Positions 56,627-64,000 of a DNA stretch of 64,000 nucleotides are shown piece after piece. How positions within the stretch are numbered: the first letter of the stretch is position 1; each line of letters begins with the position of its first letter. The stretch is from Acidobacteriota bacterium (GTDB lineage: Bacteria > Acidobacteriota > UBA890 > WLXD01). The notes under the pieces were generated by a model. That model was not told the origin of the DNA, ran no database searches, and was given only the letters and a program-made list of their open reading frames with translations. The stretch lies in assembly GCA_965205505.1 (NCBI GenBank), contig CBDBHB010000009.1:960001-1024000 (forward strand). Reading direction: 5' to 3'. Both the position numbers and the translations under genes were made by a program.

Positions 56627-57773
56627 AAATGCTCAGCAGCTCGTTGGCGTCCACCGGACGCGGATTGAAGGTGGCGGTCCATTGTTGCGCAGCCTCCGCC
56701 GCAAGCTCGCCGAGGCTCGCTTGCGGTACGGCGTGGGCACGCAGCCGTGGAGCCGCCCCGGCACTTCCCAGCATCGCCGCGAGGCGTCCGGGTAGGTCAC
56801 TGACCTCGAGGACATCGTACTCGGTGGCGGCGTCATCGCACGCCATGTTGTAGCGCACTACGTACGGCAGCATGACGCCGACGGCGATACCGTGGGTGAT
56901 GCCGAACCGGGCAGTCAACGGATTGGCGCAGGCGTGCGCCGCACCCAGCATGGAACGTTCGATCGCCGCCCCCGCCAGGTGCGCGCCGAGCAACATGTGT
57001 CCGCGTGCCTCGAGGTCGTCCGGCGTGGTCACCGCCGCCTCGAAGGCCGCCGATAGCAAGCGCCAAGCCTCACGGCTGTAGAGCCGCGAGATCGGGTTGG
57101 CACGCGAGCTGACCAGGCTCTCGACGGCATGCGAGACGGCGTCGATACCGGTGGCGACCCGTACGTCGCGAGGTACCGTCCCGGTGACTCCAGGATCGAG
57201 AACGGTAGCTCGGAAACGGGCCCCCGGATCGCCACACGCCATCTTCCGATGGTTGTCGAGCCGCGAGATCAGCGCGTACGATTGCGCTTCGCTGCCGGTT
57301 CCCGCGGTGGTCGGCACGCCGATCGACGGCAACATCTCCGTATGCGCCTTTCCGGTTCCCTCGTAGTCCTCCATGCGGCCGCCGTTGGTGTACAGGAAGT
57401 TCACGCCCTTCGCCGTATCCATGGAGCTGCCGCCACCGAAGCCGATGAGCAGGTCGACGTCGTGTCGTCGGGCAGCCTCCACGCCTGCCTCGACGCACGC
57501 CGTACTCGGGTTCTCCTCGACGCCATCGAAAACGGCGCAAGGGCACCCGAGCTGTATCAGCGCGGCGCCGAGCTCGTCGACGATCCCTGTCGCGCGTACG
57601 CCGGGATCGGTAATGATCAGCGGGCGTCGGGCGCCGAGCTCGCTCACGATCGACGGTAGTCGAGCGCGCTCGCCCACACCGAAACAGACATCAACGGCGC
57701 CCACCGTGGCGCGCCAGCGCGCTTCGCCGAGCGCCGGTGTAAGCGCCCAGACTCGAGGTTCAATCACACTCAT
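56610..57773 (-). CDS. Iron-containing alcohol dehydrogenase
   Basis: GGGSSMD.AK, PTTAGTGSE, DAVSHAVE, HG. Confidence 0.9.
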   Translation of the reverse strand: MSVIEPRVWALTPALGEARWRATVGAVDVCFGVGERARLPSIVSELGARRPLIITDPGVRATGIVDELGAALIQLGCPCAVFDGVEENPSTACVEAGVEAARRHDVDLLIGFGGGSSMDTAKGVNFLYTNGGRMEDYEGTGKAHTEMLPSIGVPTTAGTGSEAQSYALISRLDNHRKMACGDPGARFRATVLDPGVTGTVPRDVRVATGIDAVSHAVESLVSSRANPISRLYSREAWRLLSAAFEAAVTTPDDLEARGHMLLGAHLAGAAIERSMLGAAHACANPLTARFGITHGIAVGVMLPYVVRYNMACDDAATEYDVLEVSDLPGRLAAMLGSAGAAPRLRAHAVPQASLGELAAEAAQQWTATFNPRPVDANELLSIYESAY

Positions 57774-57791
57774 GGTGTCAGTTTGGCGGTT

Positions 57792-57811
57792 TCCACCACG
57801 GCCGTGGTGGA
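57792..57811. repeat. Perfect 20-bp palindrome made of TIR type C sequence
   Basis: tccaccacggccgtggtgga. Confidence 0.6.
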
Positions 57812-57905
57812 GCGACGGAGATCGGACGGGAGGCGATCGCAACTTCCCACGATAGCACGGTGCCTGGCGGGTCCGTATCGACGCGGCGCCGAGCCGTGGC
57901 GCCGC

Positions 57906-58142
57906 TTACTGGCCGCGCTGGCGCTTGGTCTCCAGCTTGGCGCCACAGGTTGAGAAGGTGGATACGAGATACGGTACCGCCACGGTGAGCCCCATCTTCA
58001 GCAGGCGGTTGCCGTCGACATTCCCCGCCAGGATGGCGTCGCCGTGGTTGATAGCGATGAGCACGGTGCCGACCACCGCGGCGAGCTTCATGCTGCGCAA
58101 AACGGTGCTCCGCTGCAGTGCGATCTCGAGCCAGTCAGGCAT
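57906..58142 (-). CDS. NrtS-family small membrane protein
   Basis: VVGTVL..INHGD and VPY.VST motifs. Confidence 0.75.
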   Translation of the reverse strand: MPDWLEIALQRSTVLRSMKLAAVVGTVLIAINHGDAILAGNVDGNRLLKMGLTVAVPYLVSTFSTCGAKLETKRQRGQ

Positions 58143-58316
58143 CTCTTCTCCGCCTCGATTGTCACGGTGAAGCGGTGCTGCCGCAAACTGCGCAACGGAA
58201 CTGCCATACGGAGACCGGCGTTTGCTGGCTTTGTCGTCGTACGGCGGTCAGGCGTGCGCCGCTGGGACGGCGGCGCTATTGTCGTTGCAGTGCTCTCTGT
58301 CGGGGAGGCCCGTCGA

Positions 58317-58766
58317 ATGGACCGCGTGCATATCAGGGTTGCTCAGCGGAGCGACCGGGAAGCCGTAATCGAGCTACTGCGTGCCTGCGAGCTGCCGCTC
58401 GACGGGCTGGATGACTGTTGGGCCAGCACCTTCGTCGCCTGTACCGGGCAGGCGGTGGCCGGCGCCGCGGCGCTGGAGCATCACGGGCCCGACGCCGTAC
58501 TGCGATCGGTAGCGGTCGACGCTTCGCATCGAGGCCGTGGCATCGGCGAGGCCCTGGTGCAATGGGCCCTGGAGGCGGCGAGGTCCGACCACGTACGCAG
58601 TGTTTATCTGCTTACCGAGACGGCCTCGCGCTTCTTTCCGCGATTCGGGTTTCGCGAGACTCCGCGAGAGCAGGCGCCTGCAGCCATCCTGCAGTCGATC
58701 GAGTACAGCTCCCTTTGTCCGACCAGCGCCACATCGATGGTGCGTCGCATCAGCGGCGACGGCTGA
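58317..58766 (+). CDS. GNAT acetyltransferase (ArsN2-like)
   Basis: LRSVAV...RGRG.G, YLLTETA, CP.SA. Confidence 0.8.
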   Translation: MDRVHIRVAQRSDREAVIELLRACELPLDGLDDCWASTFVACTGQAVAGAAALEHHGPDAVLRSVAVDASHRGRGIGEALVQWALEAARSDHVRSVYLLTETASRFFPRFGFRETPREQAPAAILQSIEYSSLCPTSATSMVRRISGDG

Positions 58767-58769
58767 GCC

Positions 58770-59681
58770 GTGGGCTGCCGCTTCGTTACTCTCGACGTCT
58801 TCACAGACGCCGCCTTCGGGGGCAATCCGCTCGCTGTGATCCCCGATGCCCAAGGCCTCGACGGGCGGGGGATGCAGTTGATCGCCCGCGAGCTCAATCT
58901 CTCGGAAACGGTGTTCGTTTTGCCGCCCGACGATCCCGCCAACACCCGCAAGGTGCGGATCTTCACGCCGGTGACTGAGTTGCCGTTCGCCGGCCATCCG
59001 ACCGTCGGAACGGGCTTCGCGCTGGCGGCGCTGGGCGAGGTCGACACCCATGAGCCGGAAGTCAGGCTGGTGCTCGAGGAGGGCGTCGGTCCGGTGCCTG
59101 TTCGTGTGCGCTGCGCCGATGGTGAGCCGGAGTTCGCGCAGCTCACAGCGGCTCAACGGCCCGACGAGCGACCCGTGTCGACGACGCCCGCCGACGTTGC
59201 GGCCGTGCTGAGTCTCGGCGTCGACGATCTACGCGCGGATGAGCTACGCCTCGGCGCGGTTTCATGCGGGCTGCCGTTTCTCTTCGTGCCTTTGCGCGAC
59301 ATAGACGCTGTACGACGGGCGCGCCTGGATCATCAGGCCTGGCGCGGGTCACTAGAACATACTTGGGCGCCGCAAGTGTTTCTGTTTGCCATGGAAGGCG
59401 AGCGACCAGGAGCCGACCTGCACGCCCGCATGTTCGGGCCTGGCGTAGGGATCGATGAGGATCCAGCCACCGGATCCGCAGCCACGGCGCTGGCGGCGTA
59501 TCTGGCGGTTCGATCGGGTGAGCGCGACGCCGAGCTCCGGTGGGTGGTGGAGCAGGGATTCGAGATGGGGCGTGCGAGCCGCATGGACATCGAGGCGGTA
59601 GTCGCCGACGGAGAGGTCGTGGCGGCTCGGGTCGGAGGCGCGGCGGTGATGATGAGCGAGGGTACGATCCGTGTCGCCTGA
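58770..59681 (+). CDS. PhzF-family isomerase
   Basis: DVF...[26 protein letters not shown]. Confidence 0.92.
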   Translation: MGCRFVTLDVFTDAAFGGNPLAVIPDAQGLDGRGMQLIARELNLSETVFVLPPDDPANTRKVRIFTPVTELPFAGHPTVGTGFALAALGEVDTHEPEVRLVLEEGVGPVPVRVRCADGEPEFAQLTAAQRPDERPVSTTPADVAAVLSLGVDDLRADELRLGAVSCGLPFLFVPLRDIDAVRRARLDHQAWRGSLEHTWAPQVFLFAMEGERPGADLHARMFGPGVGIDEDPATGSAATALAAYLAVRSGERDAELRWVVEQGFEMGRASRMDIEAVVADGEVVAARVGGAAVMMSEGTIRVA

Positions 59682-60582
59682 CAGGCGGCAACTCTCCGTG
59701 CTGCAAGTCGATGCTTTCACAAGCGAGCCGCTGCAGGGCAACCCCTGCGCCGTCGTGCTCGATGCCGACGACCTCGACCCCTCGACCATGCAGGCGATTG
59801 CCCTCGAGATGAACCTGTCCGAGACTGCGTTCGTGATGCGATCCGTGGTCGCGGACTTTCGGGCCCGCTACTTCACGCCGGCCGCCGAGATTCCGTTGGC
59901 GGGCCATCCCACGCTGGCGACCACCCGGGCACTTATCGACACCGGACGCCTGGCCGTCGATGCGGGCGGGACCCAATTCGACTTGGAATTGAGAGACGGC
60001 CCGATCGCAGTCGACGTGCGTGGCAGCGGTGAGCTTGCCGAGATCACCATGACGCAGCGTCAGCCAGTGTTCCTGCGCTCCTACGCCGCCGCCGAGATCC
60101 TGCCGCTATTCGGGCTGGACGAGACGGACGAACTTGCGGCAGCGCCATCGCCACAAACGGTGAGCACAGGAACACCGATGCTCATGGTGCCCCTTCGCGA
60201 TCGTGACGCGTTGGTGCGAGCTCGGCTCGATGTCGCCGCCTTTGCGGCCGCCCTCGAGGGCGGGGATTTCTTCAGTCCGCACCTGTTCTGTCTGGACGGC
60301 TTCACCGACGTCGGCACTACCGCGGCGCGCCACTTCGGTTTGCCGCCAGATACCTACGAAGATCCGTTTACCGGGTCTGCAACCGGGGCGATGGCTGCCT
60401 ACTGCTGGCGCTACGGTCTGATCGGCGAGCCCCGATTCATCGCCCAACAGGGGCATGCGATGGGGCGACCCGGAACGGCCACCGTAGAGGTGATCGGCCC
60501 GGCCGAGAACATCGAGGCGGTGCGCGTCGGGGGGTACGCGGTGACCGTAATGACGGGTGTGTTGGCGCTCCCGGCCGATTGA
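59671..60582 (+). CDS. PhzF-family isomerase (second paralog)
   Basis: DAF...GNP, NLSET, EIPLAGHP, EDPFTGSA. Confidence 0.92.
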   Translation: MSPDRRQLSVLQVDAFTSEPLQGNPCAVVLDADDLDPSTMQAIALEMNLSETAFVMRSVVADFRARYFTPAAEIPLAGHPTLATTRALIDTGRLAVDAGGTQFDLELRDGPIAVDVRGSGELAEITMTQRQPVFLRSYAAAEILPLFGLDETDELAAAPSPQTVSTGTPMLMVPLRDRDALVRARLDVAAFAAALEGGDFFSPHLFCLDGFTDVGTTAARHFGLPPDTYEDPFTGSATGAMAAYCWRYGLIGEPRFIAQQGHAMGRPGTATVEVIGPAENIEAVRVGGYAVTVMTGVLALPAD

Positions 60583-61015
60583 TTTTTTCGACGCGAGCAG
60601 CACACCAAAAGCCAGTTTTGATCACTGACAGTCTTCGGGCAGCGGCGGCCAGCAACGTGGGCATCGCGCGGCGGGAGGTGCCGGTGTCAGCCGCGACGCA
60701 CGCAAGTCGTGTCCCCGTCTGTCCCCGCCGCGCGGCTCAGCGGGACGCCACTCCTGACTGCGCCCGTCGGCGGTTGACCTCGACCGCGACGTGTGTGCCC
60801 GGCATTTCCGAGGCTGACCGCGGTTGCGTTGTTCGGCGGCGTGGCGGCCGTTGCGGGACACGGTGTGCTTGGATGCCCAGAGCAGCGCGCGCTGCTCGGC
60901 GGCAGCGGCGGTCAACCGTGGCCCGGTCGATTTTGGTCCGCCGACCCGAACAGCTAGCCTAGTTTCTCAGACGCCACCACGGTGAGCCTGGCACCGTGTC
61001 ACAGGGAGCTAACCC

Positions 61016-61735
61016 ATGAGCCGAGAGGCGGCGGGATTCACTCTGGTAGAGGTCAGCGTCATCGTCGTTGCCGTACTGGTGGTGCTGTCGATCGTGCTCG
61101 TCAACGTCGGCGACTTCAGTCGTCTGGCGCGGTTCGCGCGTGTGCAGGACGGTGTGACGCGCTTGTGCTCTGCCCTGGCGAGTATGATTCTCGACATTGG
61201 CGATCTGGCCTCACACGAGGAGCATGACCCGAGCGCCGTTGCCGACAGCCCGCCGGTGGGCCTGTTGATTGGCGACGGCCACGCGCCCGCCCTCAACAGC
61301 CAATTACCTGGCGCGGCCGGCACCCCCTGGCTGCTCGCCGAGGGCGAACCATTTGAACAACGCGCTGACTACACAGGCACCCGTCACCGCTTTACTGTCG
61401 ACAAGCTTGCCAACCACCTTTTGTACAACACGCCACTAGGTCAGCCGAGTCGCGGCTATCGTACGCCCACGGACGGAATCGCCTCCGACGACCTGTTCGC
61501 ATGGCGGGGGCCCTACATCAGCGGCCGCGTCGAGGCCGACCCCTGGGGCAATCGCTACATGGCCAACGTGTTCAGCCTGTACGTACCCGCGGCAATCGAC
61601 GGTAGCGGTTTCAAGAGCGCCGTCGTGTGTTACTCGGCCGGCGCCGACGAAGAAGTAGACACGGCCTTCAACCAGCCCAGCGGCTGGGCGAGCGGCGACG
61701 ATGACGTGAGCGCCTTCGTTGCCGTCGGCGGCTGA
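61016..61735 (+). CDS. Prepilin-type (GspG-like) protein
   Basis: GFTLVE cleavage/methylation motif; WRGPY..DPWGN.Y; SAG.D. Confidence 0.82.
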   Translation: MSREAAGFTLVEVSVIVVAVLVVLSIVLVNVGDFSRLARFARVQDGVTRLCSALASMILDIGDLASHEEHDPSAVADSPPVGLLIGDGHAPALNSQLPGAAGTPWLLAEGEPFEQRADYTGTRHRFTVDKLANHLLYNTPLGQPSRGYRTPTDGIASDDLFAWRGPYISGRVEADPWGNRYMANVFSLYVPAAIDGSGFKSAVVCYSAGADEEVDTAFNQPSGWASGDDDVSAFVAVGG

Positions 61736-61890
61736 CTCTGATGCAGTCTCCCGAGAGACAGTGTCCTGAGAGACAGCGCCCCGAGACGGAGAGGTAGCCG
61801 AGGGAGACCCGAGTGTCACGCAGCCCTGCGTGAGGTGCCGGGGGCGGGATTCCCTGGTCCGCCCCGGCACCTTGCTCTCTCGCCGCAAAG

Positions 61891-63513
61891 TCAGCGGGCC
61901 GACCGCCTGCGTCGCCGCAACATCCACCCGGCGGCGACGGTCACAACGGTGATCAACGCAATCCCGGTCGCGATCATAACCAACTCGATGGTACTGAGAC
62001 GGTCTCCCCAGTAGTCGGCGGTGCCGAACAGCGAGTCGGCGCCAAAGCCGGTGCTGCTGAAATCCACCGCCGCAACGGTTGCGATGCAGTCCAGGTCGAG
62101 CGGTGCGGTCGAGTCGCGTACGAACGCGCCATAGAGCGCGGTGGTGCAGGTGCCGCCTGATGAGTTCACGGTGACGTGCCCGGCGTGCGGGAAAACGGCG
62201 AACGTCTGGCCCTCTGCGTTGAAATGCGCCCGCAGCCCGTTCAAGCGGGCAACCGGCATCGTTGGATCGAGTCCGCCGTGGAGCATGAGCATGGGGCCGT
62301 CATAGCTGGCAAGTCTTCCGGTGTGCTCATCACGAGGATAACGAGGCCACTGCGACCATGTGGCTGCGAGCGACGTGCTCACTGCGGTGGTCATGAAACT
62401 CCGTTCGACCACGCGCTCGAAGTCTTGCAGGGGAGGCGACGGGTCCGGCCACATCTCGGATAAGGCGATATGACGTTGCAACACCTGCGCATGGGACGCG
62501 GGCTCCTGGCCCGCAGCGCCGCTCTCGAAAAGCCGCGCGAACAACTCGCCGATGGCCAGCAGGTCGCGTAGCTTGCAGCGATCCAGCCGATAGACCATCG
62601 CCGGGATGTACCCTCAGATTTCGGGCCCCGCCATGAGCATGTTGCCGAGCAGCAATTTGACGGTGTTGCCGTCGATCTGCAGGTCGCTGCAGTGCCCATC
62701 GTCGTACTTCCCGGGAAGGGCCTCCGCGACCCCGATCGGGTCGGCGCCGAGATGGCGCGTGCACTCGTCGAACCTCGCGCAGCGTGCCATGAGGTTGCGC
62801 GCGGTAGTGTCGAGGCCGCTGTCGAACTCCGCGAAGGTCCAATCGGCGGGCACGATGCCATCGAGGATCACTCCATCAGGCTGCTCCGGATACAGCATCA
62901 GGTACCGGTTGGCCCAGGTTGTGCCGTAGGAGGCACCGAACACAAAGACGCGATCCTGAACGCCGCGAGTGAGCTCGACGAGTCGGCCGAGGTCATGGGC
63001 CGCCTGGGTGATCGTCAATGCCAGAAGGTCATTGCGTTGAGCGCTGATGAACTCGATACACGGCGCCCACTCCGCGGTGGCGATCTCGCGACCCTCTTCA
63101 CTGTCGAGGTGCTGTTGTTCCGGGCAGGCGAGCAGCGCGCTGCCGCCGACGCCACGGTGATCCAGCGTGTAGACGTCCACGTCGGCGTTCTCGAACAAGC
63201 GGCGCACGCGCGCCAGCGCCTCGACGCCTGAGTCGCCGGGGCCGCCATTCAGGAACCAGACCTGGCGACGCCGTAGCTCGGCCGAGCCGCCAGCGTCTTC
63301 CCGATCGGGATGGCTCGAGCCGAGTATGCGTTTTACCGCTATGCCGATAGTGCCGCCGTTTATGACGTCGCGATGTAGCGGCATGGTCACTTCGGCACAA
63401 TCGGCGCTCTGATCCGTGTCCTCCGCATCGATCGCGCAGGGGCGCCACTCGATCGGCTGCGCCTGCTGCGCGGACATCGCCAGGGCGGCGATCGCTGCCA
63501 ACGTTGCGATCAC
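61891..63513 (-). pseudogene. Secreted alpha/beta hydrolase (TAP-like) interrupted by an in-frame TGA at 62614-62616
   Basis: GGPG, DHRGVG, GASYG in the first ORF; GGLDP and HAGH in the second ORF, same frame. Confidence 0.8.
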
Positions 63514-64000
63514 TGTCGATGCGCGTGTCGCGTGGCGGCGCCCAAATGTTCCATTGCCTGCCTGAGTTGCGTGTCGTCGAGGTAGGGGGCCGGCCCGAGA
63601 CGTAGCGCGTCGGCGCGGCAGTCGGTGTGAACGCCTAGTTTGCCAAGGCGCAGGCTGAGCTTGGCGGCGTCCGCCGAGCGCAGCGCCAAGAAGCCACCTA
63701 GCTGGCTGAGCGGGGTGTGGCGATCGCGCGACACTATGTCGGGGTCGAGATCCAACGCGTCGAAGGCGGCGGCCAGCAGGCCTACCTGGTGCTGGCTGAC
63801 CTCTCGCAATAGCTCGGGCGCGAGGGCCACACGCTCGAAGAAATCAAACACCTCGGCTGCCCGGTAGTGCGCTGTCGGGTCGTAGGTGGCACCGCCGAAC
63901 CGCGCAGCACCGTCTGCGTAGGTAACCTTGCCGAGATCCGCCTCGCTGAGCGTGTCGAACTCGGCGAACCAACCGGTGACCACCGGGCGCAACTCACAGC
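63510..64000 (-). CDS. Kynureninase-like PLP enzyme, C-terminal part (runs off the window)
   Basis: RP..TGWFAEF, GATYDP, TD.R...LRLGPAPY. Confidence 0.7.
   Translation of the reverse strand, partial: CELRPVVTGWFAEFDTLSEADLGKVTYADGAARFGGATYDPTAHYRAAEVFDFFERVALAPELLREVSQHQVGLLAAAFDALDLDPDIVSRDRHTPLSQLGGFLALRSADAAKLSLRLGKLGVHTDCRADALRLGPAPYLDDTQLRQAMEHLGAATRHAHRQ

Noticed and set aside
58770-60582. Phenazine biosynthesis cluster
   Set aside because: Only PhzF-family genes; no phzA/B/D/E/G
60579-60962. ORFs in the gap before the prepilin gene
   Set aside because: Arg/Ala-rich shadow translations with no motif or clear RBS
61745-61815. Short imperfect gagagacag repeats
   Set aside because: Only two or three degenerate units; low-complexity intergenic DNA
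216-63997. Many long antisense and alternate-frame ORFs in the track
   Set aside because: Typical high-GC shadows of well-supported genes

Overview
GC-rich bacterial chromosomal window, probably Acidobacteriota-like (an inference from the ADOP-type permease remnant, many PQQ-type propellers and the DUF5916 protein). It holds about 50 protein genes. I found no rRNA, tRNA, CRISPR array or transposase. Four highlights. (1) A tightly coupled 13-gene minus-strand operon (41232-57773) of unknown product: Fe-alcohol dehydrogenase, two PQQ-like beta-propellers, a HemN-like radical SAM enzyme, a TonB receptor, a WxWxIP flavin halogenase-like enzyme, a DUF3311/SSS transporter pair, a CxxC-bearing GT4, a thioesterase, an ABC exporter and an Atl alkyl-DNA sensor. 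(2) An MscS channel fused to an FHA domain, overlapped by a membrane-anchored Hanks-type pseudokinase. (3) A family of CTAG-bounded inverted-repeat elements at gene ends. These combine three different terminal repeats with one shared covarying hairpin core (7 core copies), plus half-elements. (4) A candidate sRNA or attenuator followed by a 48-aa membrane peptide. Several genes carry frameshifts, deletions or an in-frame TGA, which may be sequencing or assembly errors. All calls come from reading motifs by eye; no database searches were run.
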